Origin: a virus
IMG/VR virus record: IMGVR_UViG_3300034072_000679
Coordinates: 1-59,154 of that record
Length of the DNA: 59,154 nucleotides
Reading direction: 5' to 3' (one strand)
The notes below the pieces were generated by a model. The model made no database searches. It was given only the letters and a program-made list of their open reading frames with translations, and was not told where the DNA came from. Shown piece by piece: positions 26,801 through 36,165 of this stretch. A program made the translations under genes and the position numbers. Position 1 is the stretch's first letter; each line of letters starts with the position of its first letter.

Positions 26801-28075
26801 AAGGCCCGGCTCAAAGACGAGGAGCGGATCAAGTTCTTCCAAGAGCAGGCAGCCCTGCTCGATAAGCAGCGGACCGCTGAGCTTGAGCAGGTGGCGGACG
26901 CGCAGCTTCGCGGGGCTATCTCGACGACCGAGGCCATGCGTCGGGCAGAGGAGATCACGGGCCGCCTGTCTCCGCAGATCGTGCAGGCCGCCGAAAAGGC
27001 ATTGGCGGTTGCGCGGGCCATCGCCGGTACCAATCCCTCGCCTGAAATGGTTTCGTGGATCGCATCGCTGGAGCGCATTGTCGCGGGCGAAGGCACTAAT
27101 CGCGCGGTGGCCGACATCGGCGTAGAGGCGTTTGACCGAGCCGGTACGCGGCTGAACCAGCTTCTCCAAGAACGAGACGATCTGGTGCGCTCGTACCAGA
27201 CGCTCTTTGAGCTTGGTCTGGCGACCGAGTCGGAGGTCCGTACCCTGACGACCGAAGCCTACGCCCGGCAGGCTGAGGCCATCCGTCCGGTGCTGGACCA
27301 GCTTCGCGAACAGGCAGCCCTGCTCAATGCGACTATCGACCCGCTGACTCAGTTGCCGGTCCTGTCTGATATCGCCTACGCGACGTGGCTGGCGCGTCTG
27401 GACGCGGTCAACGCTGGCCTGTCCCAGATCGACCCGCGCCTCCAGCAAGTCAACGCAGCGGCCTCTCAGGCGATCCAGAACGGGGTCTCGCAGGCGTTCA
27501 ACGTGGTAGCGAACTCCATCGTCAACGTGATCTCCGGGACAGAGAGCTTTGGAGACGCGCTGGGGAATCTGGGCCGCACGGCTCTCAGCGTGTTCAGCAG
27601 CATCCTCGACGCTATCGCTCAAGTCCTGATCCAGATGATCGCTTTGCAGATCGCCCAGTCTTTGCTCGGCATCCCGCCGGGCGGAGGCGGGGGCGGCGGC
27701 TTCCTGTCCTTCCTGTTCCATGACGGCGGGATCGCCGGTGGCCGGGGGGCCAGCCGTCAGCGTCGTACGGGCGGCAGCAATAGCTGGGTAGGAGCGCCGA
27801 AGTTCCACGGGGGCGGTGGCATGGGCCTGCGCCCGGACGAGTACAAGGCGGTCCTCCAACGCGGAGAAGAAGTCTTGACCGAGGATGACCCGCGCCATGT
27901 CCGCAATCTCGGCAAGGGCGGCGGCGATGGCGGCGATGGCGGACAGAACCTTCGGCAAGTCCTCTTGCTCGATCCTTCGGCAGTCCCTAATGCTATGCAG
28001 AGCCGGTCGGGCGAGAAGGCAATCCTGACAGTCATCCGGCAGAATAAGGAAACGCTCAGGCAGGTTCTCAAGTAA
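23885..28075 (+). CDS. Tape measure protein
   Basis: 1396 aa, coiled-coil Ala/Gln/Glu-rich, hydrophobic segment and poly-Gly near C-terminus. Confidence 0.9.
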   Translation: MATTRRDIELLISAKETTGRSFKQVTANIDALNAKIADQIAAAERGEISLQELRQTQEALSQAGRDLSAIQGQIDAYNRLVATSDKVGAAADKAKTELAALKAEVAAAGEATKAQESKMQRLENAVTKTSAAVEKNKTDLAEQIAVLERAGIATRDLDAAQTGVVNTARQIGTGLSQVNASINDYATNLAAARDREAQTRRNAADLAKLEAAERKAALAGDIRAEQDAAARRIALLNEIKESEARLAQQQAFDSKISEAQRLGDASRFVKLFADAVNSVAIAENQLSALTGFRAVGQQAAEAARDVSRFVEAGQQMAVSSSQVAAGLRAIVEPGQAALRTLAGVEDAIAQADAASAEGVTNVGALNSAYNDLAAASAALLQQGRLVDQFQDQATAVAAARNQFEAAQAEVIQLGQAMAQADTPTEQLANSLRQAEARLETTGRALAQEENRLGQLSRSLREAGLNTADLAAEQARLEAAANRVSTATERIDTTLGRGGRATNGLFGLKPNDLANLNFQLQDIFVSLQAGQNPLTVLIQQGSQISQIFPGLISTVAKLALRFFPLIAIIAAVGAAFVELATDAARLRQAQEDLASAPLGANIDVQRFADAQEKLEGVAETAEEAREAMLLLVEEGFDTDSIERYSVAAGQLAERLGIDVVEATQLLVDVQQGGIDAVLELAEKTNDLTEADLDNANALFEAGEAAQARQFILDRVAERNAQIARATQSEWTPAVNNLKSAFSSFADFLGRTFGPILDGINQYINNTIVGFTFLTGLLAGKGVAGAQADAFEVIRTQRGLNAAPARGASDQQIRDRRFRAELDEEIDQTRELTSQERLRRAEVEARRRAQNAGVSKALEDRAVQQAIAAEQKKINEEGAKASKRSSAASNKAARAAAAEERKRESALRSLEGQLRQLNRAAFTGVSATLEERLTAIDEKYENIAESLEKVRRLGLTTTADGVPLAEIEKQVEATKARLKDEERIKFFQEQAALLDKQRTAELEQVADAQLRGAISTTEAMRRAEEITGRLSPQIVQAAEKALAVARAIAGTNPSPEMVSWIASLERIVAGEGTNRAVADIGVEAFDRAGTRLNQLLQERDDLVRSYQTLFELGLATESEVRTLTTEAYARQAEAIRPVLDQLREQAALLNATIDPLTQLPVLSDIAYATWLARLDAVNAGLSQIDPRLQQVNAAASQAIQNGVSQAFNVVANSIVNVISGTESFGDALGNLGRTALSVFSSILDAIAQVLIQMIALQIAQSLLGIPPGGGGGGGFLSFLFHDGGIAGGRGASRQRRTGGSNSWVGAPKFHGGGGMGLRPDEYKAVLQRGEEVLTEDDPRHVRNLGKGGGDGGDGGQNLRQVLLLDPSAVPNAMQSRSGEKAILTVIRQNKETLRQVLK

Positions 28076-29934
28076 TGGCAGACTCCGATCTCCCTGTCTT
28101 TTCCTTCCGGGCCAATTGGCGGGAGCCTATGTCCGAGCGACTGGCGTTCCTGACCGACGTGCTGGCGGCGACCGAGGGCGCGGAGCAGCGCCGCTCGTTG
28201 CGCCCGACTCCCCGCCGATCCTATGAAGCCGAGTTCTTGCTCACGCATAACGAGCGGAGCTTCTGGGACCTGTTCATCGACGGGATCGGTGGCGGCGAGA
28301 TGGTCGCGCCGTTGTACTGGGAAGTGGTGAGCCTGACCGCCCCTCTGACGGCCACGGTGAGCAACCGGATCGACTTTGACACCACCCGCAGAGAGTGGGC
28401 CTATCACACCGGCAGGCTGGCGATCCTGATGGGCGAGACGGCGCTGGACTACGAGGTCGTCGAGATCGCGGCGGTCGATGGCACCGGGGTCGATCTGGCG
28501 GCTCCTCCGGCGCACTCGTGGCCGGTAAACACGAAGCTCTATCCTCTCCGCAGGGCGGTTCTGGATGACGTAGGAGACGTGCGCCAGCCGTCCGCTGCCG
28601 TCGGGGTGGTCAGCGCCCGGCTGCGCGTTGTAGGCCCGAATCCGTGGGTTCCTGCGGAAGATACCTCGCCGGTCTACGCGGGCCTCCCGGTATTCCTGAG
28701 CGAGCCTAACTGGGTCCGCGATCTGGACGTGACGCAGGATCGTGAGATCGACTTGCTTGACGTGGATGTCGGCCTGACCTATCAGGTCGATGCCACGGGG
28801 CGAGTCCTTCTTGGACAGTCCCATAGCTGGTTCTTGCCGGGCAAGGAAAAGCTCGCTGAGTTCCGCGACCTGATCTATCGACACAAGGGCCGGGCAGGGG
28901 CGTTCTGGCTGCCGACGTTCAAGGCCGATCTACGGCTGGCGGCACCGGCAAGCTCCGCAGCTACGCAGATCACGGTCGAGAATGTCGGGTATGCCTATAG
29001 CGGCGGCCCGCGCAACGGTCGCGAGTACATCGCGATCAAACACGAGAGCGGTACGATCCTGCGCCGCGTCCTCTCCGTGATCCCCGGACTGACCAGCGAT
29101 ACCGAGCGGCTGAACCTAGACGCACCACTGGGGCTAGACCTCTCGCCGGGGCAAGTCCGCCGTATCAGCTTTGCCGACACCGCGCGCTTCAACTCTGACG
29201 AGTTCGAGATCGTACACTACGGCGGGATCGACTCTCACCACGACGCGCAGGCGATGTTCCGGACGTTCAAGAATACCCGGACCGCGCCGCTCCCGATCCA
29301 CTTCCCTCAAGCGCCCGGCGTGGCTGACACTGAGCCTTGCGGCGACTATCTCGGCCCGCCGTTTCCCGGCTGGTATCTCAAGATTCGGTACGTCATTTTC
29401 AACAACGAGGGGTTGAAGATGACCGATTTCACGAACGTAGAACCTAACACTCCGCTGGACTATTCTTTCAGTATCGTCATTGACGGTAAAGTTGGGTCGT
29501 TCGGCAACGGCGGTTTGCGGACAAGCCCGGATGATCGCCCGGCTGGGCACGACATGAGCCACGACGGCGTTCCGTGGCTTTACGGCGACCCTATCCCGAG
29601 TTCCGCAATCCAAGCCTTGCGAGAGATAACGTATTACTCGGTTGAATCGCCGGTCGAGGCTGACCTTATAGCGACATTCGAGGACCCGCGCCGCGACATC
29701 CAGATAAACTGGGGCGCACAGCACGGGGCGGGCACGATCAAGGCCAACACGCGTGGCTACCATGAGTTTCGTTTCTGGGATATGCCGACATGGGCCAGAG
29801 TCGGGGCCGGAGATTATCTCGACGGCGACGGCTATGAGATTTTCTCGAACGGTAACTTCGTGGTCCCGGCGCTCTGGCCGGTCAATCGTATCTTCATTCT
29901 CCGGCGGCCCCCGCCTCTTGTATTCGAGGGCTGA
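28075..29934 (+). CDS. Distal tail protein (GTA g12/DUF2460-like N-terminus, tentative)
   Basis: 619 aa after tape measure; FSFRANWREP...EQRRSLRPTPRRSYEAEF pattern. Confidence 0.6.
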   Translation: MADSDLPVFSFRANWREPMSERLAFLTDVLAATEGAEQRRSLRPTPRRSYEAEFLLTHNERSFWDLFIDGIGGGEMVAPLYWEVVSLTAPLTATVSNRIDFDTTRREWAYHTGRLAILMGETALDYEVVEIAAVDGTGVDLAAPPAHSWPVNTKLYPLRRAVLDDVGDVRQPSAAVGVVSARLRVVGPNPWVPAEDTSPVYAGLPVFLSEPNWVRDLDVTQDREIDLLDVDVGLTYQVDATGRVLLGQSHSWFLPGKEKLAEFRDLIYRHKGRAGAFWLPTFKADLRLAAPASSAATQITVENVGYAYSGGPRNGREYIAIKHESGTILRRVLSVIPGLTSDTERLNLDAPLGLDLSPGQVRRISFADTARFNSDEFEIVHYGGIDSHHDAQAMFRTFKNTRTAPLPIHFPQAPGVADTEPCGDYLGPPFPGWYLKIRYVIFNNEGLKMTDFTNVEPNTPLDYSFSIVIDGKVGSFGNGGLRTSPDDRPAGHDMSHDGVPWLYGDPIPSSAIQALREITYYSVESPVEADLIATFEDPRRDIQINWGAQHGAGTIKANTRGYHEFRFWDMPTWARVGAGDYLDGDGYEIFSNGNFVVPALWPVNRIFILRRPPPLVFEG

Positions 29935-29937
29935 CAC

Positions 29938-30765
29938 ATGGCCTATAGTGATTTCGAGATTTCCAACGCTGACGGCCAGCCGGTCGCCCTGTACACGTTC
30001 CAGTACGGGAACACATACTGGTACTATTGCACGGCAGACGAGAACCAGACCGTCGGCGGGATCACGTACGAGGCGCTGGCGATCACCGATGAAGGGGTCA
30101 CTCAGGGCGGCTCCGACCAGAACGATCTCCAGATCAGAACGCGAGCAGATCACCCCGTAGCTCTGCTTTTCCGTAACCGCCAGCCGTCCGGCAAAGTCTG
30201 GCTGAGCGTCCGCCGCTGGCACATAGGAGACCCTGACGAGGAGACCCCGCTGCTCTGGAGCGGCACTATCGTCAACGTGGTCACGTCGGATCGCGCTACC
30301 GCCCAACTGGCCGGTCGATCTCTGGGCGGGTCTTACGACCGCAACGGCCTGCGGCTGGCGTGGTCCCGCATGTGTCCTCACGTCCTCTACGGTATCGGAT
30401 GCAACAACAGCGGCAGCAACGCGAAAGAGGACCACGCGTATCCTCACACCATAGCCACCGTTGATGGCATCCGTTTCACCGTGACTTCGTATGCCGCGCC
30501 TAGCGAAGGGAGCTTCACGGGCGGGTTTATGGAGTGGATTAGGGACGACGGCAGCCTCGACCGGCGTGGGATCGAGTCTCACGATGGAAATGATTTCCTA
30601 GTCCTCGGTTCTACCGATGGACTCGAAGTCGGAACTGCGGTAACGCTTTATCCGGGCTGCCCGCGCAACACCGACGGGTGCAAGCGGTTCAACAATCTGC
30701 CCAACTACGGAGGCTTCCCGCATCTGCCGGGCAAGTCTCCGTTCGATGGTACGCCGGTTTTCTAG
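29938..30765 (+). CDS. Tail hub protein, DUF2163 / BR0599 (GTA g13-like)
   Basis: C-terminal LYPGCPRNTDGCKRFNNLPNYGGFPHLPG matches the BR0599 signature as I recall it. Confidence 0.7.
   Translation: MAYSDFEISNADGQPVALYTFQYGNTYWYYCTADENQTVGGITYEALAITDEGVTQGGSDQNDLQIRTRADHPVALLFRNRQPSGKVWLSVRRWHIGDPDEETPLLWSGTIVNVVTSDRATAQLAGRSLGGSYDRNGLRLAWSRMCPHVLYGIGCNNSGSNAKEDHAYPHTIATVDGIRFTVTSYAAPSEGSFTGGFMEWIRDDGSLDRRGIESHDGNDFLVLGSTDGLEVGTAVTLYPGCPRNTDGCKRFNNLPNYGGFPHLPGKSPFDGTPVF
30587..30597. repeat. GAAATSATTTC palindrome copy
   Basis: ATGGAAATGATTTCCTAG; read G-N-D-F (different frame from most copies). Confidence 0.9.
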
Positions 30766-30775
30766 GGGAGTCGCA

Positions 30776-31009
30776 ATGCCGCTGTTTGCTTGGGCCTTGG
30801 TTTTTCTGGTCGTCAGCATCGCCATTCAGGCGTTGCTGGTCAAGCCGCAAAACCAGAAGCCCGCTGCGCTGGAGGACTTCGATTTTCCGCAGGCGAGCGA
30901 AGATACCCCGCAAGCCGTGTTCTTCGGTGATTGCTGGACGGAGGGCTGGATGGTACTCTGGTACGGCAACTATCGCACCACGAAGATCAAGAGCAAGGGC
31001 AAGAAGTGA
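30776..31009 (+). CDS. N-terminal fragment of host-specificity (GTA g15-like) tail protein
   Basis: Hydrophobic N-terminus, LEDFDFPQASE...GWMVLWYG...KIKSKGKK then TGA; homologs continue without a break into the 31205 gene. Confidence 0.55.
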   Translation: MPLFAWALVFLVVSIAIQALLVKPQNQKPAALEDFDFPQASEDTPQAVFFGDCWTEGWMVLWYGNYRTTKIKSKGKK

Positions 31010-31215
31010 CCGAAGCCGTCCGCCTACATACCCGCCACTTGCGGCAATCGCGCACCTGTATGAAGAACTCGCGCATGTGGTTCGCTGCGCGCGGCTGGTC
31101 GTGGAGCGAGTTTGTCCTCCATGGCCGCCCGGTCGAGGACTTTATCGCCACGGGCGACCCTCTGGCGCAGCCTGCGATAGACGCGGCGCTCAAGGAGACG
31201 ACCGATGGGCGCTAA
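31006..31215 (+). CDS. Small ORF inserted between the two host-specificity fragments
   Basis: GTG 31006 overlaps upstream TGA (GTGA), alternative ATG 31060; its end overlaps the ATG at 31205. Confidence 0.35.
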   Translation: MTEAVRLHTRHLRQSRTCMKNSRMWFAARGWSWSEFVLHGRPVEDFIATGDPLAQPAIDAALKETTDGR

Positions 31216-33478
31216 GAAGCAGACAATCGGGTTCCGGTATTTCTTCTCGATCCACATGGGTCTGGGCCGAGGTCCGGTCAATCAGATCAAACAGATTCGC
31301 GTCGGCGATCTGCCCGCTTACACCACTACCACGAACGTCAGGGACTCGGGCCAGTTGATCCTTATCAACAAGCCTGACCTGTTCGGCGGGGAGAAGAAAG
31401 AAGGCGGCATCCAAGGCCCGGCGTACATCTACAACGGCGCTGCCGATCAAGAGCTTCAAGGTTCACTCAGCACGTCGCTCGGGACGCTCCCCTCTATCGC
31501 CGATCAGCTTGGTGGCGATGTACCTAACTTCCGGGGTGTCACGACGATCTGGTTTGACGGCATGGTCGCGGCGCTGAATCCATACCCGAAGGAGTGGAGC
31601 TTCCGCATCCGCCGCTGGGATGCAGGCTGGTGGAACAACGACCCGTGGTACCCGGCCAAGGCGCGCATCGTTCTGGCCGCTGACAATGCGCCGGGCGATT
31701 ATGTGTTCGCGATGAACCCCGCACACATGCTGTACGAGGTCAATACTAACCCGGAGTGGGGCCGGGGTATGCCTGCCGAAGCGATTGACGAGAGCAGCTA
31801 TATGTCGGCTGCCAATCAATTGTGCAACGAAGGATTCGGTTTGTGCATCCCGTGGTTCCGGCAAGAGAGCATCAAGGACTTCATTCCGGTCATCATCAAT
31901 CATATCGGTGCTGTCCAGTACGTAGACCGTGAGACCGGAAAGCTCACCCTGCGCTTGATCCGAGGCGACTACGATCCGGACGATCTGCCGCTATTTACTC
32001 CGGATACCGGGCTGCTTGACGTACTGGATGAAGATGCCAGCGGAGAAGATACCGCGTACAACGAGATCATCATTACTGGCTTCAATCCGGCGACGAAAGA
32101 GGACATCCAAGTTCGAGTGCAGAACCTCGCTGCTATTCAAGCGCAGGGCGAAATCATTTCCAATTCGATTTCCTACAAAGGTCTGCCGACTCGCGAACTC
32201 TGCGCTCGCGTGGCTCTGCGAGAACTCAAGGTTCAGCTTCCACTACGCAAGATGACCGTGGTGCTGGATCGTCGCGGCTGGCGAATTGCGCCGGGTATGC
32301 CTTTCCGTATTTCGGTCCCGAGTAAAGGCATAAACAACCTGATCCTTCGTGCCGGGGAGTGCCGCGACGGCACTTTGGTCGATGGCAAGATCAGCGTCAA
32401 AGCGGTTCAGGATATCTTCGGTATGCCTGCAACCCAGTTTATCGAGCCGCCTCCGTCAGGGTGGACCCCGCCGAATCAGACAGCGATTCCGACTCCCGAG
32501 AGCCGCATGTACGAGATGAATTGGCGCGACTTCTATCTGCGGAGTTCAACGGCAGACCAGAACGCGGTTCTGGAAGGCACCAGCTACATTGCGCTACTGG
32601 CGAAAGAGCCTACCTCTATCCTGTCTCAGGGCTATGACGTTCACACCAAGCCGGACGGCGGGACCTATGAGACGTTCGGGACCGTCGGTTTCACGGCATG
32701 GCTCGCGCTCGGTCAGGATATCGGGCCGCTCGATACCACGTTCGAGGTCCTTGACCAGAACGTCGATGGGTTTGTAGGCGAGTTTACGCCGGGGGATGTC
32801 GCGCTACTGGATGACGAGCAGATCGAGATTGAGGCGTTCGATGACGTGACCCGGATCGCCACGGTCAAGCGAGGAGTGGCCGACACGATCCCGGCGAGCC
32901 ATCTGGCGGAAACAACGATCTGGCTGATCGACGATGAACTCGGGACTGACGGCGAGGAGTATGCCGACGGCGAAACGGTTTTCGGTAAAGCCTTGACCCG
33001 GACTTCCACGGACACGCTCGACCCGGCAGCCGCAACCGAACTCTCCGTCGAAGTCAATCAACGCCTCCTTCGCCCGTATCCGCCGGGCAACGTGCAGGTA
33101 GACGGAGATTCGATCTACACGCTCGTCGGGGAATATCCTGAGCCGGTGCTGACGTGGGCGCATCGCAACCGCCTGACCCAAGGCGACGTGGCCGTGGGTC
33201 ACGTAGAAGCCAGCGTGATCTCTGAGGTAGGAGTGACCTACACGCTCCGAATCTACGCAGAGGACGGCATTACTCTCTTGCGTACAGAGGACGCGGGATC
33301 AGCGGAGACATGGACCTACACCCCAGCCATGCAGACGACCGACGGCAACCCGGATACGGTCTGGGTGGAGCTTGAATCTGTTCGCGACGGTCTTACCTCG
33401 CAGTTCTTCTATCGCTTCAAGGTTGTGCTTGTTGCCGGTTGGGGGTATGGCTGGGGCGAGAACTGGGGCGGCGCATAA
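31205..33478 (+). CDS. Host-specificity/central tail protein, main part
   Basis: 757 aa; begins GAKKQTIGFRYFFSIHMGLGRGPVNQIKQIRVGD, as in GTA g15-type proteins after their Gly/Lys linker. Confidence 0.7.
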   Translation: MGAKKQTIGFRYFFSIHMGLGRGPVNQIKQIRVGDLPAYTTTTNVRDSGQLILINKPDLFGGEKKEGGIQGPAYIYNGAADQELQGSLSTSLGTLPSIADQLGGDVPNFRGVTTIWFDGMVAALNPYPKEWSFRIRRWDAGWWNNDPWYPAKARIVLAADNAPGDYVFAMNPAHMLYEVNTNPEWGRGMPAEAIDESSYMSAANQLCNEGFGLCIPWFRQESIKDFIPVIINHIGAVQYVDRETGKLTLRLIRGDYDPDDLPLFTPDTGLLDVLDEDASGEDTAYNEIIITGFNPATKEDIQVRVQNLAAIQAQGEIISNSISYKGLPTRELCARVALRELKVQLPLRKMTVVLDRRGWRIAPGMPFRISVPSKGINNLILRAGECRDGTLVDGKISVKAVQDIFGMPATQFIEPPPSGWTPPNQTAIPTPESRMYEMNWRDFYLRSSTADQNAVLEGTSYIALLAKEPTSILSQGYDVHTKPDGGTYETFGTVGFTAWLALGQDIGPLDTTFEVLDQNVDGFVGEFTPGDVALLDDEQIEIEAFDDVTRIATVKRGVADTIPASHLAETTIWLIDDELGTDGEEYADGETVFGKALTRTSTDTLDPAAATELSVEVNQRLLRPYPPGNVQVDGDSIYTLVGEYPEPVLTWAHRNRLTQGDVAVGHVEASVISEVGVTYTLRIYAEDGITLLRTEDAGSAETWTYTPAMQTTDGNPDTVWVELESVRDGLTSQFFYRFKVVLVAGWGYGWGENWGGA
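32150..32160. repeat. GAAATSATTTC palindrome copy
   Basis: GGCGAAATCATTTCCAAT; read G-E-I-I-S. Confidence 0.9.
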
Positions 33479-33489
33479 AGGACTAGGAC

Positions 33490-34161
33490 ATGCCAGCACG
33501 AGATTTCCCCAACCTCGGCCTCCGGGCTGGATATGACCTCGGCGAGAACGGCTGGGGCGACGGCATGACGCTCAACATGCTCAAGGTCTCTGTTATCACG
33601 CAGGGCCGTGTCTTGAGCAAGGTCGCCAGTTTGCCCGGATCGCCGACCAACGGTGATGTCCATATTCTCGATGAAACCGATCCTACAAACCCGAACGCTA
33701 TCGCTGTGCGGGATAACGGAGCGTGGGTCTATATCGAGCCTGCGGAAAGCTGGATCGTTTACAATCTCGACCTTGCGGCCTACGAACGCTTCAACGGCAC
33801 GGCTTGGGTCGAGTTCGCGTTGGGCGGCGGAGGAGGGACCACGTTCTCCGAGACTATCACCGAAGCTGGCGCTTCGGCAAACCTTCTCAACGCCAATCGA
33901 GGCAAGTATCAGCGGTGGACTGGGACCGGGACCAAGACGCTGACCGTCCAGCCCGACGCAACGGAAACCATTTCCACGGACGCAGAGTTCTATATCGCGA
34001 ACCGGGCGGCATCGGGGAACCTTTCAGTCTCGCCGGGTTCGGGTGTGACCATTAACGCCCCGGCTGATGGTACCTTGAGCCTTGCTCCCGGCATGGCGGC
34101 TACTATCAAACGGGTTGCTGAGGATGTCTACGATCTGGTCGGACATACGGTGGCTGCATGA
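33490..34161 (+). CDS. DUF2793-like tail fibre/receptor-binding protein
   Basis: LPGSPTNGDVHILDE...AIAVRDNGAWVYIEPAESWIVYNLD...FNGTAWV pattern. Confidence 0.6.
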   Translation: MPARDFPNLGLRAGYDLGENGWGDGMTLNMLKVSVITQGRVLSKVASLPGSPTNGDVHILDETDPTNPNAIAVRDNGAWVYIEPAESWIVYNLDLAAYERFNGTAWVEFALGGGGGTTFSETITEAGASANLLNANRGKYQRWTGTGTKTLTVQPDATETISTDAEFYIANRAASGNLSVSPGSGVTINAPADGTLSLAPGMAATIKRVAEDVYDLVGHTVAA

Positions 34162-35054
34162 GCATGTTCGGTCTCTCCAGCATAGCTCAGCAAGCAATGC
34201 TCAGCGCCGGGGCTGCGCCGCCAATTGCTACCGACATCGAATATGTCGGTGGCGAACTGTTTCAAGCCGCCGCGATTTCGGTAGCCTACGACTTCCAAGG
34301 GCTGACCGGCGGCATCGGATCGCCGCAGGCCGGAGACCTCTACGTCGTTTTCTGGGTTTCCTCGGACTTCACCAGCACGGTAATACCGACCCATACGCCT
34401 GCCTCCGACGATTTCGAGACAATAGCTACCGCCGCAAACGCGAACCAGACCGCCAACGGCAGCTTTGTTGTCGGCATTGGCCGAATCGAGGACCCGGCTA
34501 CAGACAGTGGGACCTTTACGGTCCCGGCACCAGAATCTTCTCAGATCGCCGTGATGGTGTTCCGAGGGGTGGACCAAGACATACCGATTGACGTGCTGTT
34601 TAATGCGCCCACGATCTCGGTGGGATCGGCACTACCTAACCCGCCGTCAATAACTCCGCTGACGAACAAGGCGATGATTATTTCGCTCGGCGGTGCTTCG
34701 TGGTCAACGACTGCCAAGAGCTTCGTAGACCCGACCGACGGCACTACCAGACGGCTCAAGGGTGACTATGATGGAGGGGCCTCCAGCGGTCGCCGGGGTT
34801 TCCTTATGGCCTCCACGCGAGTTTGGACCACGGGTGATGGGCCGTTCGATCCCGCTATATTTGCTTACAGCGATGCCAGCAACGCTACCTCCGGTGTGAC
34901 CAATTTCGGCTATACCTTCGCTCTCCGATTCAATCAGGACCCGGCACGGAAAGCTGAGGCTTCGACTCTTACTGGACAGGCCATTCATAGAGACGTGAAC
35001 ACCGAAAGAGTATCGACCCTGAAAGCCTATGTGATCCACAAGGACATACCGTAA
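34158..35054 (+). CDS. Hypothetical tail-module protein
   Basis: 298 aa ORF, ATGA overlap with upstream gene. Confidence 0.55.
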   Translation: MSMFGLSSIAQQAMLSAGAAPPIATDIEYVGGELFQAAAISVAYDFQGLTGGIGSPQAGDLYVVFWVSSDFTSTVIPTHTPASDDFETIATAANANQTANGSFVVGIGRIEDPATDSGTFTVPAPESSQIAVMVFRGVDQDIPIDVLFNAPTISVGSALPNPPSITPLTNKAMIISLGGASWSTTAKSFVDPTDGTTRRLKGDYDGGASSGRRGFLMASTRVWTTGDGPFDPAIFAYSDASNATSGVTNFGYTFALRFNQDPARKAEASTLTGQAIHRDVNTERVSTLKAYVIHKDIP

Positions 35055-36031
35055 TGACTATCTTGGCTGCTCTCACTTCGCCCAGCGATGTTATCCATGG
35101 CTCCCGGTTTTTCGGTCTGGCCGCGAATACTACTGCGGCGCAGATCGCGCCTTACGCGAAAGAAGGGTTCGACGTACAAGAACTCAGTCCGGCGCGAACT
35201 GACTTCACCGCCAGTTCTTCGCTCTGGATTTCTTTCTACTTCTACTCGCCTTTGACCTCGTGGGCCAGTTGCGTCCCGATTCACTTCCGGCTGGGTACTG
35301 ATCGGGTTTTCGGGATGCAGTACAACGGCGCGGAAACGCTGGTTTTCCAGCGGGTCGATAGCTCCAATGTGCTGACTACCGTGGCTACGATCACTACGGC
35401 GCAGGCCCGCCGTATTCGGATCGACATCGAAATCAACATGGCGGCCAGTGGGGGTGCGTACCGTATCTACGAGGACCTGACTCTGGTCGGAGAGTTCACT
35501 GGCGACACTCGCGCCCGCTCGACGCTTCTGACGCAGATGGACAACATCCTCTGGTCAGCAGAAGACTCGGTCGCTACTCGCTTCACGATCTCGGGCTGCT
35601 TTATCTCGACGACTGACACTCGCGATATGACGTTCGAGCAACTGGCCGTGACTGGCGCGGGCGCGAACACCGATTGGTCCGGGGCTTTCAGCGATCTGGA
35701 CGAGCTTGGCATCCCCGATGACTCCGATTTCATCTCGGCTGACACGATCAACGATATCAGCACTTATACGCTGGAGAACCATAACGCGGCTTTCGCTAGT
35801 GGGTTCGCGGTCGAAGCTCTTGTTGTCAACGCTCGCGCTCGCGGCTCTAACTTCCTGCGCCCGGTTGCACGGTCTGGCACGGTCAACGGGGAGGCTACCG
35901 GGACCCAACTCGACAAAACCCATAAGCCCGTCCGAGGGGTTTTCCACAACGATCCCAACACTGGGGTTGCGTGGACGCACACAGGGATCAACGGGGCTGA
36001 GATCGGAGTTAAGCTCGCTTCGGCGGCCTAA
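35054..36031 (+). CDS. Hypothetical tail-module protein
   Basis: 325 aa ORF, TAATG coupling with upstream gene. Confidence 0.55.
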   Translation: MTILAALTSPSDVIHGSRFFGLAANTTAAQIAPYAKEGFDVQELSPARTDFTASSSLWISFYFYSPLTSWASCVPIHFRLGTDRVFGMQYNGAETLVFQRVDSSNVLTTVATITTAQARRIRIDIEINMAASGGAYRIYEDLTLVGEFTGDTRARSTLLTQMDNILWSAEDSVATRFTISGCFISTTDTRDMTFEQLAVTGAGANTDWSGAFSDLDELGIPDDSDFISADTINDISTYTLENHNAAFASGFAVEALVVNARARGSNFLRPVARSGTVNGEATGTQLDKTHKPVRGVFHNDPNTGVAWTHTGINGAEIGVKLASAA

Positions 36032-36165
36032 GAAACCATTTCCACTGTGTTCTACTTACGTTCTCATGTCTACGGCTCCCGGCTGGACTCCGGGAACGAA
36101 TAAGCGTACTGCCGGTTGATCTAGCCTACGGGTCGCGCCCGGCAAGAGAGTCGAGGAAATCTGTC

